Positions 36,617 through 50,837 are shown, numbered from the whole stretch's first letter. The stretch: 63,985 bases of DNA, filler included, from Octopus bimaculoides (GCF_001194135.2; 6 parts of 6 records of this genome joined end to end with filler, not necessarily neighbours in it), one strand, 5' to 3'. Numbers and translations: made by a program. The notes: generated by a model from the sequence alone, not told the origin.

Positions 36617-37724
36617 GTAAGTGTCGGATGACGAGAGTTTGCAAGGTAAAATCAGTCACTATGCGGCCTAGTGAATATTTAGCTTTTGTGTCCAAAAACT
36701 GATGCGAGCTTTTGAAAAACGCAACGAGAAATTTATGTGGGACTTAAAGCCATAGTACTGAGCGACTCTGTCACTGAAATGCAAAACTTCATTTAGACTA
36801 TTTTGTGTTTCTTCCCCGAGAAAAGGATATCATCAATAAACGGCAACCAGTGTATTTGTTCTTGACCGCCTAAAAATCTATAACTGCATCCCAGTAGCCG
36901 TATCTCAAATTTTGTCATGGAGACAAATACATTATCTAATTCATTATTTTCTTACTTAAGCTTTATTACATGACGTTAGTGTGCATGAAGAGCCATCGTT
37001 TAAAGATATCAGGTTAAAAGGAACCTCCATGCCAGCGTTTTGAGACAAGATCAAAAGTATAGCAAGCTCTCAACACTAGAAAAGCAATGGCCGGTATGCA
37101 TTTATTTACCAGTTTTCTCCTAGATGCTGGCGTATTGTCGTTAATACTCAGGGTCTGCTTTTATAGTGATCCGAACCTGTGAGATTCCTGGGTGGTAGGA
37201 AACCATGTCCAATTTTCCATTTTATTCCAAATTTTTATAGATATTTTAATCACTAAATGATATTTCATTGTATTGTATAGATTTCTAGTGCTACAGTATG
37301 TGACCCAACATCATGCATCTCAGTTGCATAACATTCTTTCCCGTTTGATTTTCGTAATACAATTTCTAAACATGTAACTGTTCATATCTCTTTATTTATG
37401 TAGAATTGGTTCGGTGCTGGTAACTGTAAGTCTTGTGCTATATAAGACTTACAAGGTTCTAGGAATTACGTGTAGATCAGACATGGCTGAAGTAAGAATA
37501 GATGGAGGAGGAAAGAGAGAGACAGAAAAACGGACATACAGGCAGGCATAGGAGTATAAAGACATAAATATCATCGTTAGCAATAACATTTTCTCACCTA
37601 AAAAACAGTTTTCTTATTCCTTGGGCCAAAAAGGAATGAAGATTTATAGAAGAGAAAATTGTTTGGAATGACGTTCTGATATCAATCATGTTTTTGAACC
37701 TCTTTCCATCACTAAAGCATGATA

Positions 37725-38440
37725 GGCGCAGGAGTGGCTGTTTGGTAAGTAGCTTGCATCCCGACCACATAGTTCCGGGTTCAGTCCCACTGCGTGGCAC
37801 CTTGGGCAAGCGTCTTCTACTATAGCCTCGAGCCGACCAAAACCTTCTGACTGGATTTGGTAGACGGAAACTGACGGAAACTGACAGAAGCCCTTCGTAT
37901 ATATATATATATATNNNNNNNNNNNNNNNNNNNNNNNNNNNNNNNNNNNNNNNNNNNNNNNNNNNNNNNNNNNNNNNNNNNNNNNNNNNNNNNNNNNNNN
38001 NNNNNNNNNNNNNNNNNNNNNNNNNNNNNNNNNNNNNNNNNNNNNNNNNNNNNNNNNNNNNNNNNNNNNNNNNNNNNNNNNNNNNNNNNNNNNNNNNNNN
38101 NNNNNNNNNNNNNNNNNNNNNNNNNNNNNNNNNNNNNNNNNNNNNNNNNNNNNNNNNNNNNNNNNNNNNNNNNNNNNNNNNNNNNNNNNNNNNNNNNNNN
38201 NNNNNNNNNNNNNNNGTGTGTGTGTGTGTGTGTGTGTGCGTGTGCGTATGTGTGTGTGTATGCGCGTGTGTGTGGTGTTGGTGTGTTTATGTCCCCGTAA
38301 CGTAGTGTTTCAGCAAAAGATACCGATAGAATAAGTACTAGGCTTACAAAAAATAAGTCCCGGGGTCGATTTGTTAGACTAAAGGTGGTGCTCCAGCATG
38401 GCCGCAGTCAAATGACTGAAACAAATAGAAGAATAAAAGA
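37725..38440 (+). mobile_element. CORE SINE family A-I, central microsatellite lost in a gap
   Basis: Head and tail match 10619-11030. Confidence 0.85.
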
Positions 38441-40010
38441 AAAAAACATTCAAGTGATTTAAGTAATTAAAAATCTGATGATTTTTATGCTTGGTGAGTT
38501 GGGATGTTGAGGGTTACATTCGATGTATGTGGTGACCTAGCGTTTTCATGCGGTAGGATGACCCTCTTTTAGTTGTATCCACTTGCCTTCTCTTTACTCT
38601 TTCCCCGTCTGCGTGAGATACTTTGCACAATGAACCAAGGTTCATTAAGCACCAGGGATAAATCCCCGATGCATTGACGCCTACCCTCTTATGGTGTGAC
38701 GTGAGACTACTTGCTTGAAAATACGGCATTACGTTTTGGTACCCCCAATAGATTAGTATTTGCAGCACAGCTAATACTTCTACAACTTGCCATACGATTC
38801 AATTCCCCACATGCGAAACAAATGTCCATAAGATAACCACTCACCGTGTTTAAGACTAAAATACACATATGTATTATGGTATTCAATAAATTATACGCTG
38901 AATATAAAGGATTGTCAAGGACGGAGTTCATTTAATCAGGATTAATTTGGGATTCTAAACGACAAGAACCTGATTTAAATGCCGTGGTCAAGAACATTAG
39001 GTACGGTGAAAGAAAATGTACCCACTGTCCCCTTCTTCTAGACAGACTATGTATATCACGTGAATGGACATATTTAGAGATTTTTTTTTTGTGGAAATGA
39101 TATTAGTCAGCGTATATAATTTTCGCTGAAATTACACGAAGAAGCAACGAACAATAAAACGATTATGACAATACTAGAACAACAGAATAGAAAACAAGTA
39201 TAAAAATGAGATAACAACGTCATGTAAGAGCGAAAGGTTTTCCAAGATTATTTGATTTATTTCGAAAATTTCATGCTAAATAAGGATTAAAAGTTATCAA
39301 TTATAATGAAAATCGGATTTCTATAATCTTGGAAATTTGTAATAATCTTTCGAATAGCGCAACGAAGAGGAAAAGGAAGAACTGAATATAAATATAAGCC
39401 ATANNNNNNNNNNNNNNNNNNNNNNNNNNNNNNNNNNNNNNNNNNNNNNNNNNNNNNNNNNNNNNNNNNNNNNNNNNNNNNNNNNNNNNNNNNNNNNNNN
39501 NNNNNNNNNNNNNNNNNNNNNNNNNNNNNNNNNNNNNNNNNNNNNNNNNNNNNNNNNNNNNNNNNNNNNNNNNNNNNNNNNNNNNNNNNNNNNNNNNNNN
39601 NNNNNNNNNNNNNNNNNNNNNNNNNNNNNNNNNNNNNNNNNNNNNNNNNNNNNNNNNNNNNNNNNNNNNNNNNNNNNNNNNNNNNNNNNNNNNNNNNNNN
39701 NNNNNNNNNNNNNNNNNNNNNNNNNNNNNNNNNNNNNNNNNNNNNNNNNNNNNNNNNNNNNNNNNNNNNNNNNNNNNNNNNNNNNNNNNNNNNNNNNATA
39801 ACATAATCCCCCCACCAAAAAAAAAACGAACTGTATTTACTTATCTCCTTACAGTGAAAGTTAAAAAGCGTTTTAATATAAGAGGTAGAACACAAAAAAT
39901 CCCAAGAGGGGGTGGGGGTGCATAGAATTTGGACATGTCGAATTTCGTTATTCACACACATATATACATACCTCTCACAAGTGTATGTTTAAATATGTGT
40001 ACATACATAT

Positions 40011-40410
40011 GTAAGTAGCTTGCTTACGAACCACATGGTTCCGGATTCAGTCCCACTGCGTGGCACCTTGGGCAAGTGTCTTCTACTATAGCCTCGGGCC
40101 GACTAAAGCCTTGTGAGTGGATTTGGTAGACGGAAACTGAAAGAAGCCCGTCGTATATATGTTTATATGTATGTATGTGTGTGTATATGTTTGTGTGTCA
40201 ATGTTTGTCCCCCCCAACATCGCTTGACAACTGATGCTGGTGTGTTTACGTCTCCATAACTGAGCGGTTCGGCAAAAGAGCCCGATAAAATAAGTACTAT
40301 GCTTACAAAGAATAAGTCCTGGGTTCGATGTGCTCGACTAAAGGCGGTGCTCCAGCATGGCCACAGTTACATGACTGAAACAAGTAAAAGAGTAAAAGAG
40401 TAAAAAGAGT
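40011..40410 (+). mobile_element. CORE SINE family A-I, near full length, young
   Basis: CpGs retained; (GAGTAAAA)n tail; other halves at 28664-28866, 30049-30213, 59243-59493 (-) and 24873-25058, 26139-26333 (+). Confidence 0.88.
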
Positions 40411-41129
40411 ATATGTATGTATGCATATGCATAAACACACTCACGCAAGCACAAAATACAAACACACACACACATGATTGCATGTGTGTGTGAGTATTTT
40501 TCTGTATATTTGTGCGAGTATAAATAAGATCATTGGTTCTTAACCAGTGTCCACGTGACCCTTTAGTGTGCATATCAGATTTTTTTGATAAAATCTGTGA
40601 AATAAATTGGTCATACTTCTACAATACAGAAAATATTTCAACGATTTCGTTATGCACTTCCTAATAGTATTTAATTCTAAGAATATCATAGGATATTTGA
40701 AACACTGAACGACTATGAGGTTCCACTTGAGTAATACAAGAGTGAAAGAGTTCTGTAGGTAAAAGATTGTGTGAGAACTACTGACTTAGATGATCAAAAC
40801 AACAGCAGGCAATAAATTTGCCAGAGTGTATATTTATTAAGATTATAATTTTATCTCAGTTTTCCTATAACTAGAGCTCAGGAGTAAATCATGAAATCCT
40901 GCAATATGTAGAAATTGTTATTTTGTTTCACAGTATATCCAAAATGTTTTTAATACGATGAGTCATCACTAGTGGACTATATCACTTTAATGCGTTTCCT
41001 CCTGCTTTGTTTAGTGAGTGCTCTAATTTTGTTCCAGTAAGTATCAGGCGCATCAACTCTCCAATTCCTTGTTACTGCTTATTTCACTGCTGTAGAGTAT
41101 AAAGTGTGGTATGGATTGTTATTGCTGTT

Positions 41130-41505
41130 GGCAGTCCGTCGCTTACGACGTCGAGGGTTCCAGTTGATCCCATCAACGGAACAGCCTGCTCGTGAAATTA
41201 ACGTGTAAGTGGCTGAGCACTCCACAGACACGTGTACCCTTAACGTAGTTCTCAGGGATATTCAGCATGACACAGTGTGACAAGGCTGAACTTTTGAATT
41301 ACAGGTACAACAGAAACAGGAAGTAAGAGTGAGAGAAAGTTGTGGTGAAAGAGTACAGCAGGGTTCGCCACCATCCCCTGCCGGAGTCTAGTGGAGCTTT
41401 AGGGGTTTTCGCTCAATAAACACTCACAACGCCCGGTCTGGGAATCGAAACCGCGATCCTATGACCGCGAGTACGCTGCCCTAACCACTGGGCCATTGCG
41501 CCTCC
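41130..41505 (-). mobile_element. Full-length tRNA-derived SINE (family C)
   Basis: Minus: GGAGGCGCAATGGCCCAGTGGTTAGGG (A box)...GGTTTCGATTCCC (B box); partial copies 27312-27385, 43310-43510, 62817-62869. Confidence 0.88.
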
Positions 41506-42192
41506 ATGGTTTTTTATACACAACGACATACAAGATAATAATGTACACTTCATTAATGAAATCTGTCATAAGTATGGAGGATTTTTATGAGGCATCATAT
41601 GAAGAGTTTACAAGCTACCATAGAAGATATAGTAATATGCATTCTCTGGAAATATTCCTTCTACTTAGAATCTCTGGAGAAATGTTACTCATCAAGGCGA
41701 GCCGTTACTTTTCTGCAATGAGAGTTCACAGCTCCTAGAAGTTGGATTTGGGATTAGAATGTCGCAGGAAATAATTGTAAGACAGTTGGATCATGTATAT
41801 ATACTTAGATTGTTGCACTTTGAAATCCAACCAAAAGGTTTAATGATGGATGCTTTTGATAGGACCCTGTGGAGGGGTTGCTTGAGTACTCTACTCCCAA
41901 AACTCATCCAGGAATGGTGGGTGAAGATAGATAGATGGACAAGTATCAGTTTGTCTACCACTATTCCAACATTTCAGTATAATTTTATACAAATTGTTTG
42001 AAGAAATATAAGTTGCTGAATTTCATCTTTTAATTGTGATATCCTACATCAATCTTCAGAAATGTGTCTCTACATTGCGGAGCAAGCTACGCTGTGATAT
42101 GCAGAACAGTAACAAATGCGAGAAAATATCTTCGTATTATAATGCAGCTATTTATAACTATCTATTAAATATGAATACTACTCGAATAAATA

Positions 42193-42600
42193 AAAGACTA
42201 GCGTTTGGTCCCTGTGCTATCCGCCCGCTACAAAAATCGATCTCAAGACACATAACATTACGATACAACCACTTTACTTCTCTTTAATATTACACTTAGT
42301 GTTATATTTAGCTCTCTTTAATATTATACCAGAATTCATCAAAACGGAAATAGATCCCATAAAATCCAAAAGTTCTCTGGAGAAATTTCTCAAAAAAATT
42401 CCGAACCAGCCTCCAACTGATATGGTCAGTATTGAATAATATGTCTCCAACAATAACAACTCTTTGCCAGAGTGGGCCATGGTGTCCCATATATGACTGA
42501 GGTGTGAATCATGATCTAAAAATCTTCACCAGGTGGCGCCAATAAGTTAGACATGGCCTGGGCCTATTCTGGCCGAAACCCATCTAAGTTATATACTGTC
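42193..42600 (+). mobile_element. CR1/L2-group LINE ORF2 C-terminal remnant
   Basis: KRLAFGPCAIRPLQKSISRHITLRYNHFTS...ALFNIIPEFIKTEIDPIKSKSSLEKFLKKIPNQP fits the LFN.LP...F.K.LDKFL..IPDQP pattern. Confidence 0.65.
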
Positions 42601-43522
42601 GCAAAAGTTTACATTACAAACTGAAATTAAACAATAAAGCAGCAAAAAAGTAATGCTGTATTACACTCTAAAGCCATTTGACTCTCATCATAAGTGCATG
42701 AAACTTGTGAGTCACATAATAATAAGAAATAATAACAATTTGGTCACCAAAGCGACTGTTCCCGCAATGGATTAACAGCTCTACATACATTATTTGCCTT
42801 TAAAATAATACGAGTTCATATTTCAACAATTCGATACTGACGAATTCTGTTGCTCGATAGCGAAAAGTTAATGCGTCAGTGCCCAAGAATTGTAGAACAC
42901 ATATAAACATATAAATGATTATACTAATACCATTATGTAGGTAACAAAGCAAATAAAAAATGCCACGGAAAACGTATCAGAATTCAGTATAGGAATTCGA
43001 TATATCCAAAATACACTGGAGAAGAAATCTACCACAATACATATAGGCTTACACAGAGATTATGGGTTTGATAAGTCCCGACATGCCAACTGACGCATAA
43101 CTTTTATGCATAAGTGGCCACGAAATGAATTTCATTTGTTGTGGTCCGAAAATACTTATATATAATAACCTAAATACTAGAAATTTCTTAGATGTTAAGA
43201 CAAAAGTAACGATAGTCGAATATAAAACTCGTGGAAAAGTTAATGTCGCATACATGTTAACAGAGATACTAATATCCAGCCTAATTTTTTTAAACCGATC
43301 AACGGAACATTAACGTGCAAGTGGGTGAGCACTGCAGAATCACGTGTACCCTTAACGTAGTTCTCGGGGGAGATTCAGCGTGACACAGAGTGTGACAAGG
43401 CTGACCCTTTGAAATTCAGGTACAACAGAAACAGGAAGAAAGAGTGAGAAAAATTTGTGGTGAAAGAATACAGCAGAGTTCACTACCACCCCCTTGCCGG
43501 AGCCTCGAGTACTACCACCACC

Positions 43523-43598
<76 letters not shown>

Positions 43599-44050
43599 TA
43601 GTGATAAGATAATTTTCTGTATCTTGATGGTTCTTTTCCTCTCGCTTTATGTCATGCGAGGTGACAAACGTATTTATGCGCATGCACATTGATGGTTAGA
43701 CGAATTGTATTTTTTTGTGATCATAAGAATTAACTTCAGATGTGTTTTTTTTTCTTCTGCAATACATTGTTTAGGAAGTAATCGATCACTTTCTCCCCAC
43801 CAGTTTATATAAATAATTCAGTAAAGTAATAGCTACGCGCAAAATAATTACCCATCATTTATATCTACTAGAATGGAACATTGTTTTATCGACCTCGGGG
43901 GAAAGAAAACTAACTTGATGTCAATGAGATTTGAACACGGATCATGATTATCCGTACGATATTGAGAAAACCATATGTTTATTGATACTTTAACTGCTCT
44001 ACAAGCTCTGTAAAACTATTTTTGTCTCCCATATATAACGAATGTATATA

Positions 44051-44283
44051 CAGGGTTGACCAAAAGCCACCCAAGAGTAGATCAAAATTCCATAAATGCT
44101 ATCTGTAATTCTGTATTGACTCGAATAGGAGAATGTGTCGCTCAAGAAGAACTTCAGTTTGAACAATGTCTATGATGTTTCATATTTAGATTCTTTTATT
44201 CAATTCAATCAGTTGTTAAACATAAATAAATCTTGCAATTAAATGGATTTGATTTACTGTCAGGTGACATTTGGCCAACACTG
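44051..44283 (+). mobile_element. Tc1/mariner-derived MITE with TA flanks
   Basis: TA-CAGGGTTGACCAAAAGCCACC...GGTGACATTTGGCCAACACTG-TA; interior encodes a transposase-tail remnant QNSINAICNSVLTRIGECVAQEELQFEQCL*. Confidence 0.8.
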
Positions 44284-44386
44284 TATTTGGGCAACTAATT
44301 TTTTTTTCTATATTTTACTATTGCTTCGGGTCGACCAAGGACTTATGAGTAGATCTGGTAGACGGAAATAGACTACTTCCATTGTG

Positions 44387-44435
<49 letters not shown>

Positions 44436-45543
44436 CACAAATATCTTATCCGAACCCACGTGTGTTTTAAGTCGATGACATGATTTACGTGGCACAGTAC
44501 AGAATATTTACAGGGATGCGTCAATTTTTAGTCGTCAATTTTTAGTTACGGATATAAGGTAAAGTACATTTCGATTAACTGATGCTGTTTTCACTGTAAT
44601 TTCAGTCAATTCAGCTTAATTACTTAAGAGAAAGTGAATCTCCAGTATCGCTGTCACTAATACACTAACGTGCACGACGCGATCTACATCATAAAACCTA
44701 TAAAGCCAATAATCTCTCTTATGATACTTGCTTAATTTCTATCGTGATAAGCAATTTAACATCGCTCACATTGTCAAGATTCGTACTTATATCCTAGCCG
44801 ACAAATATATCGAAGTGCGTGCCCATTGATTGCTAGATTGATTACGTATTTTCGTGAAAATCAGAATTGTAATAGAGACGCCCTTTTGTGGAGCTTTTGT
44901 TTCTGATGCAATCGATGTCTTTTTTTTCCAAAGTTCTTCGTATAAAATTGCTGTAAAACAATGACATGCACAAAATAACTATCAATCATCTACAGCTACG
45001 ACATGTTCCAAAAGGCAGACGATAGTTCTTTGTCTCAGTTATTTTGCATTTTGTATAGAAAAACGAAAATTTTCAGATTTTTTGACTTTGAAGGTGCAAA
45101 GCAATTATTTATCCACACACACGCACACACATATATGTATACACGTATGAATATATATATNNNNNNNNNNNNNNNNNNNNNNNNNNNNNNNNNNNNNNNN
45201 NNNNNNNNNNNNNNNNNNNNNNNNNNNNNNNNNNNNNNNNNNNNNNNNNNNNNNNNNNNNNNNNNNNNNNNNNNNNNNNNNNNNNNNNNNNNNNNNNNNN
45301 NNNNNNNNNNNNNNNNNNNNNNNNNNNNNNNNNNNNNNNNNNNNNNNNNNNNNNNNNNNNNNNNNNNNNNNNNNNNNNNNNNNNNNNNNNNNNNNNNNNN
45401 NNNNNNNNNNNNNNNNNNNNNNNNNNNNNNNNNNNNNNNNNNNNNNNNNNNNNNNNNNNNNNNNNNNNNNNNNNNNNNNNNNNNNNNNNNNNNNNNNNNN
45501 NNNNNNNNNNNNNNNNNNNNNNNATATATACATTCATACATAT

Positions 45544-45578
<35 letters not shown>

Positions 45579-45710
45579 CAAGTAAAGGTTATAAACATCA
45601 TTAAACGATAATAAATACAACGAAAATACTGGTTAGTTACCAAGCTATAGAAAGTTCAACAATAAGGTAACCATACACACCGTGGTTCATATATTTACAT
45701 ATTTAATAAA

Positions 45711-46022
45711 TAAGGAAAAAATGGAGAGGTAATTAATAAAATTATTTATTAATTATAAAATATGACAGCATATCTGACAGCTGTTTCGATTCAGTAATCT
45801 GTAGATAATTAATTTATAAAATTAAAATCTCTTAACGGTTCATAGCTGTTATCTCAACATGAATTTCTATCTTTACTACCTCGGAAGAGATTCATCTTAT
45901 TGTGATTTTAATTTTATAAATTAATTAGCTATAGATTGCTGAATCGAAACAGCTGTCAGAGATGTTCTCATATTTTATAATTGATAGATAACTTTATTAA
46001 TTACCTCTCCATTTTCTTCTTA
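45711..46022. repeat. Inverted repeat (about 119-bp arms, 74-bp spacer), Penelope-like inverted terminal repeat
   Basis: 45711-45829 versus 45904-46022; right arm overlaps a hammerhead-like motif. Confidence 0.85.
45882..45962 (+). ncRNA. Degenerate hammerhead-like motif with long stem II loop
   Basis: CGGAAGA-GATTCA...TGAATC-GAAAC-AGCT-GTC-AGAGA; palindromic stem III ACAGCTGT, GUC triplet; U4 is G and stem I is weak. Confidence 0.45.
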
Positions 46023-46383
46023 TACTATATATATTGTTGTATTGCTGGCGGTAATTTTTCTTTTGCCAAATAAACAGACGTTCTATATATTTGTTCTTCA
46101 TGCGTTTGTTACTGTTCTTATGTTTTTTTTTTTCATTTTTAGTTTAACTCGTGTCCAATTTTCACATATACGCTCTCTTGTGCAGCATGCAGTCTCTGCA
46201 ATGTAGTTAGTTATCATGTTTCTGCACCGTCACTCAGTACATCGTAAGCTACATTTCAACCTTCACATGTAACCCGTGTGTTTCATCCTTCATACAACAC
46301 AATTGTACTCCGTACAGGGGGCCTTATCAAAAGGATAGGAGAGTGTATCGGTGAACATTGGCGAGACATGACTGCCCAAATCT

Positions 46384-46625
46384 ATATCAACGTATCTGTC
46401 AAGACCTACCAAAACCTGAGCTAGTATAAAGATCTTGAAATAGAAATTGGCAAAATGTGGAACCTCAAAACTAAAACAATACCTCTTTTCATAGGTGCCC
46501 AACGAATGATAGCAAAAGGGGCTGATTGCTACCTAGCTCAGATACTAGGAAACTCCAAAATCGCAGAAATTCAAAAGATAGTGCTCATGGGAACTGCCCA
46601 TATCCTACGTAAAATACAATCTTAA
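46384..46625 (+). mobile_element. R4/Dong-type non-LTR element, restriction-like endonuclease C-terminal remnant
   Basis: YKDLEIEIGKMWNLKTKTIPLFIG...AEIQKIVLMGTAHILRKI. Confidence 0.8.
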
Positions 46626-46895
46626 ATTTTAAAACAAACACATCATTTTCTTATGTTTTCTTAAACATTCTCTTGAACAATATTATGTAGAAAACGAAAT
46701 ATATGGCACCCTAGACGTAACACCAACATGAACTTAAAAGAATCCTATGCATTTAAATGTCTGAGTTGGTATTACATGAAGATATTTCGCTGCAAGCCCT
46801 GCCACTTCCCCTCCCCATTTTTTTAGTCATACTCTAACATCTCTTATCTTTCACTCGCCCAAGGACGGTAACAAACATGCAGATTAAAAGTATTG

Positions 46896-46977
<82 letters not shown>

Positions 46978-47776
46978 TAGTAACAATAATAATAACAAGA
47001 ACAACAAAAACAACAAGTTGTTTTTGTATACAAGGCCACACATTTGTAAGGAAATATTAAATTGAACGGATCGATATCTCATCCATTACTGCAAACAACT
47101 TTTTATCGACCCTGGTAACATACAGGGATAAGCCGCATAAAAGTATAATTGCTTTTCAACTGATAACTACTTGGAATTTAATTATGTACACAATGTGGGT
47201 ACTTAACTACACAGCGGACTGCATGAAATACGTTATGATAGGAACAAAGGAAGTAAGACCAACGTTAATCAGTCGGCGTCGAAAACGAAGACAGTTCACA
47301 CTGTGCTCCGTAGAAACCACATTAACAAATCCAGCGTTTGTATCTTGCGTCAACGTCTTCATTAGTATTACCACCGCTACAAACGTAACAAATATTATCC
47401 TGTATAAATATAACAAGAAGGCTCAGAAAGAGCAAGCCTCCGCCAAGGTAACACCAACGTCCTCTCAACGATTAGCCGGAGATTACTTTTTGAAATTAGA
47501 ATGTCTGAAATAAACTCGACCGTTCTCACAAACAAGAATACTAAACATGAACCTGATCGCTCTCAAAAATTAAGTAAAAAAAAAAAAAAAAAAAANNNNN
47601 NNNNNNNNNNNNNNNNNNNNNNNNNNNNNNNNNNNNNNNTTAATTAATTAANNNNNNNNNNNNNNNNNNNNNNNNNNNNNNNNNNNNNNNNNNNNACTGA
47701 ACCGCGAACCTTGTGATTGCGAACTAAGCTTCTTGCCAAACGGTCACATCAGCTCCTACGGACATATATTCACACA

Positions 47777-47834
<58 letters not shown>

Positions 47835-48521
47835 TTTACATATAATGATGATGTCAACTGTTATATTTTTGTTTATCAACAGAAATATAACAGAGATGGT
47901 ATGAACATGTGGTGTAAACATGGTGTGAACATGTGGTGTGTATGAAGGATGACAGTTTTGGAAGGAAGTGCTGAGCGATCAAAGAGGAAGGAACAACCTG
48001 TTAAAGACAAAAAAGAAAAAAAAAGGACACAAAAAACATATGATAAAAGGTTGAAGTCTGATCCTGAGATGGTAAACCTTACAAAAGAGATGACAAACAG
48101 CAGGAAGAGGTGGTGAGATGTTGTGGTACAGAAGATCTATTGAACTCATGTGAATAAGCAAAAAAAAAAAGACCAAATGCAGAATAATGGTGATGACGAT
48201 GATGAAAATGATGATGATGATGATGATGATGATGATATATTTAACTGAACCTGACAGTGCGTGCGCGCGTGTGTGTGTGGTTCTTCTCAGCTCTTTGGAG
48301 ATTTTTAATTCTGTTCTATAGATCTCTATGCATATTCATGCAGACATCCATCCAGTGCGCAATTTATCCATTTGTCTCTTCATCTCTCTCTCCATCTGCT
48401 TATCTGTTGGTCTCTCTATTCATTCCACTTCCTCTCCCTCTATCTATCTGTCTGTCTGTCTGTCTGTCTATCTCTGTGTATATGTGTGTACAATGCACAC
48501 ACATATATATACACATACATA

Positions 48522-48561
<40 letters not shown>

Positions 48562-48689
48562 GCTAGATAAATAGATATATACATACATTATATATATGTT
48601 TATACATACATACATATATATATAAATATTTATATGTCACTATTTTATGTTTCATTTTGTGCCTGTGCATTGTTTGCTCTTGATTTTTT

Positions 48690-49880
48690 TGACTACACAG
48701 TATAGTAGGGTCAGTTGGGCACCACCTGTGAGAAAGCCAACACCATGATGCAATTTACTCTTCCAAAAATTTAGGTATGACATGCTGTGATGCTTGGCAT
48801 TCATGCTATAAGCTCCAATTCGAATATTTCAGGGTGTTTGGGTGTCAATCTGAGAACAGTGCAGAGGATTCGGAAAGATTTGGATGAGTCTAATGGTGAT
48901 TACGAAGGCACAGCAGCTCAGAAAACTCATTTTGATTGTTCTGATAAGGAAAGAACTCCTGAATTTGTTGGTGTGATCCATGCCATGATTGACAATGATC
49001 CCTCCAAATCAATCAGGTCCATCGCCAGGGAGATGGGAGTGTCTGAGTTTCTTATCAGGCAGGTAGGGCAGGAAGACATTCGATATTCCTCACACAAGAT
49101 GAGAAAGGGACAATTTTTATCCCAAGCCATCAAAGACAAGAGGAAAAACTGTACTACGAGGCTTTTGAACAAATTCGAGCTTCCCCTCCAACTGAACACA
49201 CTTTGGTTTTTCTCAGATGAGAAAAATTACTGCCAGGGTCAGATGGTGAACACACAGTGCAACCGTTGGCTTGCTGTGTCCCCAAACCGAGAGTGATAAA
49301 ATCAAATATCCAATCAACATCACGATGTTTGGAGTGATCACTAGTGATGGCGACATTATGCCTCCATTCATCTTCCCACACGGCCTCACACTCAACATGG
49401 AGGCCTATATCAAGTGCCTGGAGGTGGTAGTGCTGCCCTGGATCAAGAGAGTGGCTGCTGGAAGACCCTACGTCTGGCAACAGGACTCTGCACCATGCCA
49501 CACAAGCAGGAGAACCCAGTCATGGCTGTCAGACAATTTCTGCAACCACATCACCCCTAACATCTGGCCACCTAACTCCCCAGACTGCAACCCCTTTCAT
49601 TATTATTGTGGAGCACAGTTGAGCAAGAGATCAACAAAACTTCTTGTAATACCAAAGATGAACTGAAGGCAAGGATTATGGCAGCATTCACTAACTTAAA
49701 CAAGGAGACCATCCAGAAGAGTTGTATGAGATATTGAAATCATCTGGAGGCCATGGTTGAAACCAATGATGATTTTATTGAATAAATTTACTCTTTAGTA
49801 TTTCAAGATATTTTCATGTAATTTTGGTAAGTATATCTGTTAAAATGAGATGTCAGCATTACTTTTTTTTGCATACCATA
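48690..49880 (+). mobile_element. Mariner-like DD37D (maT) transposon, frameshifted
   Basis: HTH region, WFFSDEK, VWQQDSAPCH, WPPNSPDCNP; 37 residues between the second Asp and the third catalytic position (His here); left TIR not seen. Confidence 0.88.
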
Positions 49881-50182
49881 GACGACAATTTATTCACTGC
49901 CACCTCTTCCACCTCCTCCTCCTTATCATCATTTAGCGTCTGTTCTCCATGCTGGCATGGGTTGGACGGTTTGACCAGGACTGGTAAGCTGGCAGGCTGC
50001 ACCAGGCTCCAGTCTGATTTGGCATGGTTTTCTATGGCTGGATGCCCTTCCTAATGCCAACCACTCCGAGAGTGTAATGGGTGCTTTCATGTGCCACTGG
50101 CATGGGTGCCATTTATGTGACACTGGTAATCTGCCATGACTGCCATTTTTACTTGGCTTGATGGGGCTTCTTGCGGCTTCCA

Positions 50183-50236
<54 letters not shown>

Positions 50237-50333
50237 ACACACACACACACACATATATGTAATATTCTTTTATTCTTTTCCTTGTTTCAATCATTTGACT
50301 GTGGCCATCTCTCTTTCTCCATCTCTCTCTCTC

Positions 50334-50395
<62 letters not shown>

Positions 50396-50790
50396 CATAT
50401 GCATGCACACACACTCAGACACACACACACACACACACATACAGACCCCCCCACACACAGTCATTCCTATAATCTCTACTTTCAACAAGTTAGCCACAAT
50501 TTAACCATTACTCAATGGAATTCTTGTCAAATCTCAAACAATAATGGATACTTTCCAACAACACAAGAACCATCATAATTAGATTAAATATTATTTTGTT
50601 ATTTTTCTAGTATTAAAAAGCATTTTTTTCGCAAAATTCTATTTTCATAGTTTTCTGGGTTCACACAACCCCTGTCCTTTTGCTCACATCTCCCTTAAAT
50701 TTTATTACTAATCAATAACATTGATACTGACATATAACTAATAAATGTAAAGTATTTCATAACTTACCCATACCTATTTTTTTAAATATT

Positions 50791-50837
<47 letters not shown>

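Noticed and set aside
38845-39000. Possible small exons on either strand
   Set aside because: Stops close to the splice sites or very short frames with no homology
41520-42000. Possible L1/Tx1-like ORF2 remnant or telobox-like KIDRW motif
   Set aside because: Too degraded to classify; lacks Myb tryptophan spacing
47207-47416. Minus-strand ORF resembling a secreted peptide precursor with RFRRR
   Set aside because: Starts at TTG with an upstream in-frame stop; no ATG before the hydrophobic segment
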